Origin: a virus
Taxonomy: Duplodnaviria > Caudoviricetes
IMG/VR virus record: IMGVR_UViG_3300011115_000233
Location: 462 to 64,461 of that record
Reading direction: 5' to 3' (one strand)
DNA length: 64,000 nucleotides
Every line of letters starts with the position of its first letter. The first letter of the stretch is position 1. Position numbers and translations under genes: made by a program. Below, in pieces: positions 28,926 through 37,115 of this stretch. The notes beneath the pieces are model-generated. The model ran no database searches. It was not told the DNA's origin and saw nothing but the letters and a program-made list of their open reading frames with translations.

Positions 28926-29105
28926 ATGGAAGACACGCTCAACAAAATCGGCTTCACCGCCATGCAATTCGAAAACCTCATCCACGACCTCGCGATGGAG
29001 GCTTGCAAGAACCAGTCGCCAAGCAGCGTCCACTGGATCATGGCCGAGCACGACAAAATCCACCGCATCGTCCGCAGGCTCAATCAGGTGGCCACAGGCA
29101 ACTAG
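28926..29105 (+). CDS. Early hypothetical protein (59 aa)
   Basis: Not in track; RBS AAGGA; MEDTLNKIGFTAMQFENLIHDLAMEACK...; followed by terminator. Confidence 0.55.
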   Translation: MEDTLNKIGFTAMQFENLIHDLAMEACKNQSPSSVHWIMAEHDKIHRIVRRLNQVATGN

Positions 29106-29128
29106 CCCCTACCACATCCCTAGTAACT

Positions 29129-29154
29129 AGCCCCGCTTCGGCGGGGCTTTTTTT
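29129..29154 (+). terminator. Rho-independent terminator
   Basis: AGCCCCGC-TTCG-GCGGGGCT followed by a T run. Confidence 0.9.
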
Positions 29155-29321
29155 GTGCCTCGTTCTGGCCATGCCCCGTTTGGGTCGCACCTAGTTAAAT
29201 CGTCTAACAAAGTTAGGGGCGCTGATGATAGTTAATCCGTGCGGACAGCCATTAAGCAAGTAGGCGGATAGCCGCTAAGGCGACAGAAACGACGTAAATA
29301 CGTCACTTTGTTAGATTTATA

Positions 29322-29350
29322 TTGACTTACGCTTTAATATGTAAGACAAA
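29322..29350 (+). promoter_or_regulatory. Early cassette promoter 3
   Basis: TTGACT...TGTAAGACA. Confidence 0.55.
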
Positions 29351-29393
29351 GAGAGCGTCGGAGAACGACACCACACACTAGGAGTAACACGAA

Positions 29394-29858
29394 ATGCAGA
29401 ACGTATCTAAAGCCCGCGCCGCCTTCCTGACGGCTTCCTCCAGCACCTACGGTAAGCTTAAGGCCTACGCTCTCGCTCTGGAAGAACAGTTTGGCGCAGG
29501 ATGGTGGAACATCCCCATGAAGGGGCCGCTGTCGGGCAACGAAGCCAAGGTGCGGGAAGCCATCCGCATCGAGAAGGGACTGGTCAAGGAAGGGGCCGAG
29601 AAGCGCAAGCTGTCCAACGTCTACAAGCCATGGTCGGATGTGCTGGCCTACGTCAAGGGAGAGAAGAAGAAGGGTGCAGGTGCTAACGCACCACGTGACA
29701 TCCACGACCGGCTGAAGATCGAGTTGACCAAACTCTACAAGGCAGTGCGCAACGACGATGCTGCAGACACCAAGGTGCTGGCACAGACCAACTGGCACGT
29801 TGGGAAGGCACTGGAAGAACTGGGTGTCGATCTGACCGAACTCAACATCACAGAGTAA
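29394..29858 (+). CDS. Early protein, paralog B
   Basis: 154 aa; shares GWW.IPMKGPLSGN, YKPWSDVLAYV and ELTKLYKAV with paralog A. Confidence 0.75.
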   Translation: MQNVSKARAAFLTASSSTYGKLKAYALALEEQFGAGWWNIPMKGPLSGNEAKVREAIRIEKGLVKEGAEKRKLSNVYKPWSDVLAYVKGEKKKGAGANAPRDIHDRLKIELTKLYKAVRNDDAADTKVLAQTNWHVGKALEELGVDLTELNITE

Positions 29859-29949
29859 CCACAGGGACGGGGAGGCGAAAGCCTCCCCCAACCGCCCCGC
29901 CTTTCGTGATAGTAACTCCGTGCGGACAGCCTCTGACTTGAAGGCGTAA

Positions 29950-30360
29950 AGCTTACAATACCTACGTCGATAGGTCTAACTTAGTTAGAGGTTCTTATTG
30001 TAAGGAAACCATGCGGACAGCCACCCTCTGTAAGGGAATTTTGCTTTGTAAGGAAACTACCCCCTATTGTAAGAAAAAAACCCTAGGGTTTCTGCGCTTT
30101 GTACGGGTTGTAAGGAATGTAAGGCGTTTTTCTTACAGACTCGACCAAGCAAGCCTCCTCGCACATGCGTAACCAATGTCAGGAAATCCCTATTATTATT
30201 ATTATTTTTATTAACTTTCTTACACTACACCCCATTTTCCTTCCGAGACCCGCAGACTTCTGCCGTTTCCGATTGTAAGGTTTTACCCTAAATTTCCCTT
30301 ACAAAAGGCCCATTTCCCTTACATTGCCACCATTTCCTTACAGAGATTTCCCTTACAACC
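29950..30360. repeat. Iteron-like TGTAAG(G)/(C)CTTACA cluster around an AT-rich core; candidate replication origin
   Basis: ~7 forward and ~7 reverse copies flanking TATTATTATTATTATTTTTATTAA (30191-30214); non-coding. Confidence 0.6.
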
Positions 30361-30408
30361 CCCATGCCCTCTCACGCCTAACCAAGTTAGGTCTCGTTGC
30401 TCTCCTGC

Positions 30409-30458
30409 CCACATCGCTTGACATAAAGAGGTTTTTGTGCTACATTGAAAAGAAAAAA
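30409..30458 (+). promoter_or_regulatory. Sigma70 promoter
   Basis: CCACATCGC-TTGACA-N17-TACATT with extended TG; near-duplicate at 33317. Confidence 0.75.
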
Positions 30459-30528
30459 CTGCGACGACGGCCCCGCGCCCGACCCGCACGAGTGAGAAGC
30501 ACTAACAAAGTTAGAAGGAGCAGATCAT

Positions 30529-30774
30529 ATGACGCAGATTATCCAGACCACCCAACTCGACCATTGCGACCTGTGCGCTGTGCGCGATGCAATCCAAATC
30601 CGTCAGCTTGCCCACATCAATCGCCTTCGTCGCTTTGCCATTTCTGAAGTAGGTGTTGTCATCGACATCCTTGAGAGCGACCTGCCCAAAGACGCAGCCA
30701 TCGACTCCCTGCGCACCATCCTGCGCCTACTCGACAAGATGCCGACCGACCTCCAGCAGCCAAAGCAGGTTTAA
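30529..30774 (+). CDS. Hypothetical protein
   Basis: 81 aa; RBS GAAGGAGCA. Confidence 0.6.
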   Translation: MTQIIQTTQLDHCDLCAVRDAIQIRQLAHINRLRRFAISEVGVVIDILESDLPKDAAIDSLRTILRLLDKMPTDLQQPKQV

Positions 30775-30779
30775 CTATC

Positions 30780-30971
30780 ATGCGCTGCGATTGCGGAACC
30801 AAGATCAACCCTAAGCGCGTAGCCCTTGGCTACCAAACATGTCCTGTGTGTGGGGACTTGGAGGCGAGGAAGGTAGTCAGGTGCATAGCACCGCTCAACA
30901 AGAGCAACTACGTCCTCGTCTCCAACTACACCGAACTGAAACAACTGAACCCAAAGAACGTCAACGGCTAA
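30780..30971 (+). CDS. Small Zn-finger protein (DksA/TraR C4-like)
   Basis: CDCG..I..KR..LGY.TCPVCG...APLNKSNY. Confidence 0.6.
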   Translation: MRCDCGTKINPKRVALGYQTCPVCGDLEARKVVRCIAPLNKSNYVLVSNYTELKQLNPKNVNG

Positions 30972-31001
30972 TAGGCCTAACAAAGTTAGAAGGAGCAAAG
31001 C

Positions 31002-31088
31002 ATGACCAAGACCGACCTCATCTTCAACCTCGCCATGCGCGGTGGCCTCATCGCCGCAATCATCCTCTACGCCCTACTCGCAGCATAA
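31002..31088 (+). CDS. Small hydrophobic peptide (28 aa)
   Basis: Strong RBS GAAGGAGCAAA; MTKTDLIFNLAMRGGLIAAIILYALLAA. Confidence 0.5.
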   Translation: MTKTDLIFNLAMRGGLIAAIILYALLAA

Positions 31089-31099
31089 GGAGCAAACCA

Positions 31100-31288
31100 A
31101 TGCGTATCACCAGCAACACCTACTACAGCCACGTGAACTTCGTGAAAGGTGGACGGTGGCTGCAAGCCCACACTGCCACACCCGTGCTTAACTACGGCCC
31201 CTTGTGGATAACAGAGTTAGACGGCGAGGCGCTACTTGCCCACTCGCTCAAAGAGATCGACGACACCATCGCAGCCATAACAAAGTGA
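31100..31288 (+). CDS. Hypothetical protein (62 aa)
   Basis: RBS AAGGAGCAAAC; start MRITSNT. Confidence 0.55.
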   Translation: MRITSNTYYSHVNFVKGGRWLQAHTATPVLNYGPLWITELDGEALLAHSLKEIDDTIAAITK

Positions 31289-31302
31289 GAAGGAAACGCA
31301 GT

Positions 31303-31542
31303 ATGGATAAGCAAGCAGACACAGATACCATCGCGCTACTGCGCAAGGTGGAGGAGATGCGTAAGGAACTACGCACACTGGAGACCATGCTGTCTCATGC
31401 GTGTAACGAGTATGGCAAGCGGCGCGGTATGTCCCTGTTCCGCGAGTGGCACGTGAACAACCAGCATGAGATCGAAACCAAACAGATGGAGCGGCTCGAA
31501 GAAGCAGCAGACCGCGATGCGTGGGAGAAGGCCAATGCTTGA
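31303..31542 (+). CDS. Hypothetical coiled-coil protein
   Basis: Start MDKQADT with RBS AAGGA. Confidence 0.55.
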   Translation: MDKQADTDTIALLRKVEEMRKELRTLETMLSHACNEYGKRRGMSLFREWHVNNQHEIETKQMERLEEAADRDAWEKANA

Positions 31543-31598
31543 ACTGGGCATCGGGATGTTAGCCGCTACGTTTGCAGCCCTGCTGTGGGTATTGGAAG

Positions 31599-31871
31599 AT
31601 GAGTAAGGTGAAAGGCCCGCGCATCATTAGCGTGTTTGAGGCAACGGACTTTGGCGGTGGATACCTAGAGGACAGACCGAAGCAGTTTCACGTGACCATA
31701 ACGTTCAAGCAACTGCGCGCACTACCGGACTGGGTGCAGGAGCAACTGCACTGGGGTTACACATACACTAATAACAAACACTGCGAGATAATCATCCATG
31801 CCAAGGACGAACTGGAAGCAGCGATGCGCTTCAAGAAACTGTGGGCAGCAATAACAAAGTTAGGAGAATGA
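31599..31871 (+). CDS. Hypothetical protein
   Basis: Start MSKVKGP; 'AKDELEA' motif shared with 34502..34783. Confidence 0.55.
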   Translation: MSKVKGPRIISVFEATDFGGGYLEDRPKQFHVTITFKQLRALPDWVQEQLHWGYTYTNNKHCEIIIHAKDELEAAMRFKKLWAAITKLGE

Positions 31872-31872
31872 G

Positions 31873-32091
31873 ATGAGTAAGATGAAGCAGGTGTTCATTG
31901 CCTTTGGCAATTGCCCCGACCACGGGGCGCAGTATTTCTATGCGTTCGATGATCCCGACGAGGCTATGCTGTTCGTAGAGAAGGCAGAAGCCCACGACGA
32001 TGACGCAGTGAACGACTGGACTATCATCACACTAACCAACAAAACCGCAGAGGGAGCCTATGCCGAACACCGCGCATGGGTAGAGGAGTAA
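31873..32091 (+). CDS. Hypothetical acidic protein
   Basis: 72 aa; RBS AGGAG. Confidence 0.55.
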   Translation: MSKMKQVFIAFGNCPDHGAQYFYAFDDPDEAMLFVEKAEAHDDDAVNDWTIITLTNKTAEGAYAEHRAWVEE

Positions 32092-32095
32092 GCAC

Positions 32096-32269
32096 ATGGC
32101 ATCCGAATACAACCCGTTGCGGGATCGCAGCTACTACCGCATGATGACGGACGATGAACTGCTGGAACTGGCTAAGTCCGTGAAGACCACGGAACTGGAA
32201 CTGGTGCTGGCCGAACGCCTCAAGAAGGCGAAGAACGAGCAGATCGTGCGCGACTGCGACTGCTATTAA
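32096..32269 (+). CDS. Hypothetical protein (57 aa)
   Basis: Not in track; RBS GAGGAG; MASEYNPLRDRSYYRMMTDDELL... Confidence 0.55.
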   Translation: MASEYNPLRDRSYYRMMTDDELLELAKSVKTTELELVLAERLKKAKNEQIVRDCDCY

Positions 32270-32325
32270 AGAATCACAACAACTAGTCCTAACTAAGTTA
32301 GGCATATCAAAGAAGGAGCAAGACT

Positions 32326-33297
32326 ATGGCATGGGGTAACAGCCTTACATCATACCGCACATGGGGTTTTCCCACGATAACGGATTACGACCATGCGGCA
32401 CGCCGCGAAGCTGAGACTAAGCCTATCAGAGGAGACGCAAACGGCACAAAGCCGCTGGGTGACCGCAAGAAGAAATACGTCAACATCCGCACGGATGCAC
32501 CAGACCCCAACACCAAGAACCCCGACATCGTATGTCGCATGGGTAACACTGACATTGTGCGCTACAAGCCCAATGGGGATGTGGTGGTCAACATCGGCGG
32601 CTGGGCATCGGCTACGATCAACGACTTCCTGTGGCACCTGCTCGGCTTGCCCGCACGGACCTATGACAACAAGACATGGGTGAAGTGCTTCTACAAGGCG
32701 CTGCCCAACGAGACAGCCGTCAGTGGTGAGTATGTGCTGCCTAACAACAGGGACGTTACGTTCCGCAAGGATGAGGTCGCTCGTGTGTGGCTTTCGTGTG
32801 ACGTAGCACCAGCAATGACGCACAAGGTGATCCGTGAGAAGTCTAACTTAGTTAGGAAGTCCTACCCAGCCTTCACACAATACCTACGCAATATGGTCAA
32901 GCTGCGCACGGAGACCAAAGAGACCAAGCACTGGACGGGTGAGATCAATGTCGAGCGGGTTATTACTGTCACAGTGGATGAGATGAAGGCTTTGAACATC
33001 GACGCCCGCATACCCAATCTGGAGTTCCGCAAACGGGGAGAGCCTGCTGCTATGAACCTACGTGTAATGATGCTTAGCGACGATCCAGCGCAGCACTACC
33101 TCGCCTTCATCCTTATCATCCGTGGTGCTTACGCATGGAGTTACGTCCCTGCGGCTGGGCTTAGCGTCTTCGACCACGTGGTCACCGACTTCTATAACAA
33201 GCTGCTGTTATTCATCCACAAGAACGAGGTGCTTGAAGAAGTCCCAACAGACACCAACACGGCGAAGCGCGACACATATCGGCGTTGGTTCGAGTAG
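32326..33297 (+). CDS. Hypothetical protein
   Basis: 323 aa; RBS GAAGGAGCAA. Confidence 0.7.
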   Translation: MAWGNSLTSYRTWGFPTITDYDHAARREAETKPIRGDANGTKPLGDRKKKYVNIRTDAPDPNTKNPDIVCRMGNTDIVRYKPNGDVVVNIGGWASATINDFLWHLLGLPARTYDNKTWVKCFYKALPNETAVSGEYVLPNNRDVTFRKDEVARVWLSCDVAPAMTHKVIREKSNLVRKSYPAFTQYLRNMVKLRTETKETKHWTGEINVERVITVTVDEMKALNIDARIPNLEFRKRGEPAAMNLRVMMLSDDPAQHYLAFILIIRGAYAWSYVPAAGLSVFDHVVTDFYNKLLLFIHKNEVLEEVPTDTNTAKRDTYRRWFE

Positions 33298-33316
33298 AGG
33301 GTAGCCACCCGCCTGA

Positions 33317-33366
33317 CCACATCGCTTGACATGAGCATTACATTGTGCTATAACTAAAAGAAAAAA
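33317..33366 (+). promoter_or_regulatory. Sigma70 promoter
   Basis: CCACATCGC-TTGACA-N17-TATAAC with extended TG. Confidence 0.75.
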
Positions 33367-33437
33367 GAGCGGAAAACCGCCACTAATACCAAGCCTAACC
33401 ATCAACGTCTAACAAAGTTAGAAACTAGGAGCATACT

Positions 33438-34505
33438 ATGTCTATTGATTTCGGTTCAAACATCTCCCTTGACGAAGCTGCCAGCCTCATCGTTTCCATC
33501 CCCGACAACATCTTCCTGCTCGAAGGTGAACCCGGCATCGGCAAGTCCAGCATCATGAAGGCACTCAAGGCCAAGCTTGGTGACGGCTACGCCTATGCCT
33601 ACTTCGATTGCGCCCAGAAGGATTTGGGTGACATCGCAATGCCCAGCCCGAACCGCGACTTGCGGGTAACAGAGTATTTCCCCAACGCGGCGCTCCAACT
33701 GCAATCGGGCAAGCCCGTGGTCATCATGCTTGACGAGTTCGCCAAGGCTCCTCCGCCTGTGCAGAATATGCTGCATCCGCTGCTCGAAGAACACAACCGC
33801 CGCTTGGGTGACGTAGCTTTGACCGACGGGTCTATTGTATTCCTCACCTCTAATCTTTCGACTGATGGCGTGGGTGACGTAATCAAAGGCCATACACTCA
33901 ACCGCGTGACCAAGGTGCGCGTGTCCAAGCCGGATAGCGACCAGTGGCTGGGCTGGGCTGTCAACAACAACATCGACCCTGTTGTGATGGCGTGGGTGAA
34001 GCAGTTCCCTCAAGCACTATCATCATACACCGATGGGACGCAGACCGAGAACCCATACATTTATAACCCCAAGGCTATGCAGAAGTCTTACGTCTCGCCT
34101 CGTTCGCTGTCTCGCGCATCTAACATTGTTAGCAAGCGTGAGAATATCTCGTCCAACGCTCTTACTGCTGCGCTGTCAGGCACAATCGGTGAAGCGGCAG
34201 CCCGCGATATGCAAGCGTTCATCGCCTATCAGGACCAGTTGCCGTCGTGGGATAGCATCATCGCAAGTCCCAAGACTGCTGGGCTTCCGTCATCCGCTGG
34301 GGCGTGTGCCGTGTTGATCTTTGGTGCAATCGCCAAGGTGACTAAAGAAACGATGACCCCGCTGATGGCGTATCTCGACCGCTTCGAACCAGAATGGCAG
34401 GCGACCTTCGCCATCAACATTGCCAAGAACCCGCAGAAGCAGAGCATCGCCTTCACCTCCGCAGCATTTGGTAACTGGATGCAGGCGAACGAAGACCTGC
34501 TGTGA
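33438..34505 (+). CDS. MoxR/CbbQ-like AAA+ ATPase
   Basis: GEPGIGKS Walker A, IMLDEF Walker B, VSPRS sensor. Confidence 0.85.
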   Translation: MSIDFGSNISLDEAASLIVSIPDNIFLLEGEPGIGKSSIMKALKAKLGDGYAYAYFDCAQKDLGDIAMPSPNRDLRVTEYFPNAALQLQSGKPVVIMLDEFAKAPPPVQNMLHPLLEEHNRRLGDVALTDGSIVFLTSNLSTDGVGDVIKGHTLNRVTKVRVSKPDSDQWLGWAVNNNIDPVVMAWVKQFPQALSSYTDGTQTENPYIYNPKAMQKSYVSPRSLSRASNIVSKRENISSNALTAALSGTIGEAAARDMQAFIAYQDQLPSWDSIIASPKTAGLPSSAGACAVLIFGAIAKVTKETMTPLMAYLDRFEPEWQATFAINIAKNPQKQSIAFTSAAFGNWMQANEDLL

Positions 34506-34783
34506 GTATTGAAATATTGGGAGTGAAGCTGTGGGGGTTAGCGTCTCTGGATGAGACGCGCCTACGGCGATACGCAGTCTACTACAAACGTGAAGGGGCT
34601 ATGTGGCGTGGTCTCGTGGATGCCAAGGATGAGTTGGAAGCTTGGCAGAAGTTCCACGGGCAAGTCGATAGCGCCGCACGTATCAATTACCGCCTAACAG
34701 AACAGGAGCAAAAGCAACATGGATATGCAGAAAGCAGAACGCAAGTTGAAGAAGGTCAAGATCGGCCTGATGCGCAACCCTAA
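34502..34783 (+). CDS. Hypothetical protein
   Basis: GTG start overlapping the ATPase stop. Confidence 0.45.
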   Translation: MSIEILGVKLWGLASLDETRLRRYAVYYKREGAMWRGLVDAKDELEAWQKFHGQVDSAARINYRLTEQEQKQHGYAESRTQVEEGQDRPDAQP

Positions 34784-35933
34784 GTTTGCGCTGTGGTCCG
34801 GTGTCATGATGGTCGGCAAGACCAGCGTGGTCGAGGGTATTCCCACGGCTTGCACCAATGGCCGCGACGAGATGTATGGCTTGGAGTTCGTAACAAAGTT
34901 AGATGAGAAGACCCTTGGCTTCGTCATCCTGCATGAGAACCTCCACAAAGCCTTCCGTCATCTGACCACATGGGAGAAGCTGTATAAGGAGAACCCTCGC
35001 CTCGCCAACATCGCGTGTGACCATGTTATCAACCTCATGCTTGTGGATATGGACGCAGGTGAGACTATCATAGCATTCCCGCGCAACGACGATGGTTCCC
35101 GCATGGGCTGCTACGACCCCCGCTTCAAGGGGATGCACACCAAGCAGGTCTACGATCTACTCAAGAAGGAGCAGAAGGAGCGCGGCGATGAAGGCGGCGA
35201 AGGTAACGAGGGCTTCGACGAACACGACTGGGAAGGTGCCAAGGAACTGGACGCCGAGGAGAAGAAGGAACTCGAACGCGAGATTGACCAAGCGTTGCGT
35301 CAAGGCGTCATCGCAGACCAGAAACTGAATGGCAAGGGCGGGGGTAGCCTCAACCGTGAACTGGGCGACCTGCTTCAACCGCAGATCGACTGGCGCGAGG
35401 CGCTGCGTGAGTTTGTCTCGTCCTTCTGCAATGCCAAGGACACTTCGTCATGGCGCAGGGTCAATCGCCGGATGCTCGCACAAGATGTGTATATGCCTAG
35501 CCTAGTAGGTGAGAAGGTAGGCCACATCGCTATCGGCATCGACACATCCGGCTCTATCGGTGCGCATGAACTGAGCGTGTTCCTGTCCGAGGTTAAGTCT
35601 ATCGTAGAAGACGTTCACCCCGATGCGCTCGATCTTATCTATTGGGACGGCGAAGTGGCGGGGCATGAGGTCTACGACATGGCAACCATGTCTAACCTTG
35701 TTAGCTCTACCAAGCCAGTAGGAGGGGGCGGCACCGACCCCCGCTGTATGATGAAGTATCTCAAAGAGAAGCAGATCAAGCCAGAGTGCATCATTCAACT
35801 GACTGACGGATATATCGGGAGTGCATGGGGTGACGAATGGGAAGCGCCAATCATGTGGGTCATCACTGAGAACCGCTATAGCAGCAGCAAGATCGTCGCG
35901 CCTGTTGGCAAGACTGTTCACATCAAGGGTTAA
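34719..35933 (+). CDS. Metallopeptidase-VWA domain protein (DUF2201-like)
   Basis: HENLH (HExxH), DTSGS MIDAS, GGGGTD and LTDGY motifs. Confidence 0.85.
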   Translation: MDMQKAERKLKKVKIGLMRNPKFALWSGVMMVGKTSVVEGIPTACTNGRDEMYGLEFVTKLDEKTLGFVILHENLHKAFRHLTTWEKLYKENPRLANIACDHVINLMLVDMDAGETIIAFPRNDDGSRMGCYDPRFKGMHTKQVYDLLKKEQKERGDEGGEGNEGFDEHDWEGAKELDAEEKKELEREIDQALRQGVIADQKLNGKGGGSLNRELGDLLQPQIDWREALREFVSSFCNAKDTSSWRRVNRRMLAQDVYMPSLVGEKVGHIAIGIDTSGSIGAHELSVFLSEVKSIVEDVHPDALDLIYWDGEVAGHEVYDMATMSNLVSSTKPVGGGGTDPRCMMKYLKEKQIKPECIIQLTDGYIGSAWGDEWEAPIMWVITENRYSSSKIVAPVGKTVHIKG

Positions 35934-35943
35934 GGAGCAAGAC

Positions 35944-36189
35944 ATGACCAAAGCAATCGTTCGCATGGGCTACGACAAGTATGTCATGGACGCAGAGGAT
36001 GCACTGGCCATCCACGAAATTCTCGCCAAGGCAGAACACTATAGCAGCAAATACCAAAGCAAGGATGACGGCGGCACACTGCACTACGTCTACCCGCAGG
36101 ATGCAACCGACGAGATGCGTAGCTTCGAGTTAATGCCCGACGCCCTCTACCGCATGGCCAAGCTGGCGGGGAAACCCGACAATAAATAA
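35944..36189 (+). CDS. Hypothetical protein
   Basis: Start MTKAIV; RBS AAGGAGCAA. Confidence 0.6.
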   Translation: MTKAIVRMGYDKYVMDAEDALAIHEILAKAEHYSSKYQSKDDGGTLHYVYPQDATDEMRSFELMPDALYRMAKLAGKPDNK

Positions 36190-36251
36190 AAACCGGATAG
36201 CAAACCGGACGACCTAACTAAGTTACATATAGCAAAGAAGGAGCAATACTA

Positions 36252-37103
36252 ATGTCTATCTCATCATCCTCGGTTCTTGTCGAACTGAACATCTCCGTCT
36301 GGACCGCCAACAAGCTGGACAAGGACGCGACCAACAAGCTGACTGCTGATAACCGAGCAACCGTAGACGCAGCGCAGGTGCGTAAGAACCTGATGGCTGG
36401 CACCACACTCCGTAAGGACATCGCAGACTTCGCTGCTGGCTGTCGCCTGTGGCACAATGCACGGACATTGCCGTGGTCTGATCGTGGTCCTCGACTGCTA
36501 CCCACAAGCTTGTTCCTCCCATACAAGACAGAAGCCAATCAGCGGCGGGATACGTTCCTGCGGATGAAGGACAAGTTTCGCACGGAATACCCCAAGCTGC
36601 TGGAGACACGGGAACTGGCAATGGGCGACCTGCATAACCCCAACGACTACCCGCCTGTTGACGAGGTGATGGACAAGTTTGGCTTCCGCCTTGTGTTTTC
36701 CCCCGTCCCCGAATCCGGCGACTTCCGCTTGGACATACCGCAGCAGGAGTTGGAAGAAATCCGGCAGGAATACGATGCTAACTTTGTTACACGCATTGAG
36801 GAAGCCATGCGTTCCCCATGGGAGAAGCTGCACGATATGCTGGCGGGCATGAGTGCCAAGCTGACCGAGAGTGACGACGAGACCAAGAAGCGGTGGCACG
36901 ACACGTTCGTTACCAATGCGCAGGATATGTGCGCAATGCTGACCCATCTCAACATCACAGGCGACCCGAAGCTGGAAGCCGCACGGCGGCAACTGGAACA
37001 GGCGCTCATCAACATCGACATCGACGACATTAAGGAAGAAGTGGGTGTCCGCGTAGACCTAAAGCAGAAGGTCGATAACATCCTCAAGGGCTTTGACTGG
37101 TAA
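36252..37103 (+). CDS. Conserved phage protein (DUF3150-like)
   Basis: LVELNISVWTA.K.D, TLPWSDRGPRLLP and LNITGDPKLE motifs. Confidence 0.65.
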   Translation: MSISSSSVLVELNISVWTANKLDKDATNKLTADNRATVDAAQVRKNLMAGTTLRKDIADFAAGCRLWHNARTLPWSDRGPRLLPTSLFLPYKTEANQRRDTFLRMKDKFRTEYPKLLETRELAMGDLHNPNDYPPVDEVMDKFGFRLVFSPVPESGDFRLDIPQQELEEIRQEYDANFVTRIEEAMRSPWEKLHDMLAGMSAKLTESDDETKKRWHDTFVTNAQDMCAMLTHLNITGDPKLEAARRQLEQALINIDIDDIKEEVGVRVDLKQKVDNILKGFDW

Positions 37104-37115
37104 GGAGCAACTATC

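Noticed and set aside
27869-29888. GNRA hairpins as N4-type virion RNA polymerase promoters
   Set aside because: They follow stop codons, have 4-nt rather than 3-nt loops, and no RNA polymerase motifs were recognised in the 2212-aa protein.
27568-30400. CRISPR array suggested by recurring repeats
   Set aside because: Repeats are short, irregularly spaced and separated by genes rather than 30-40 bp spacers; no cas operon.
30324-30647. 107-aa plus-strand ORF
   Set aside because: Runs through the iteron cluster and a consensus promoter, has a TTG start without RBS, and overlaps the better-supported 30529 ORF.
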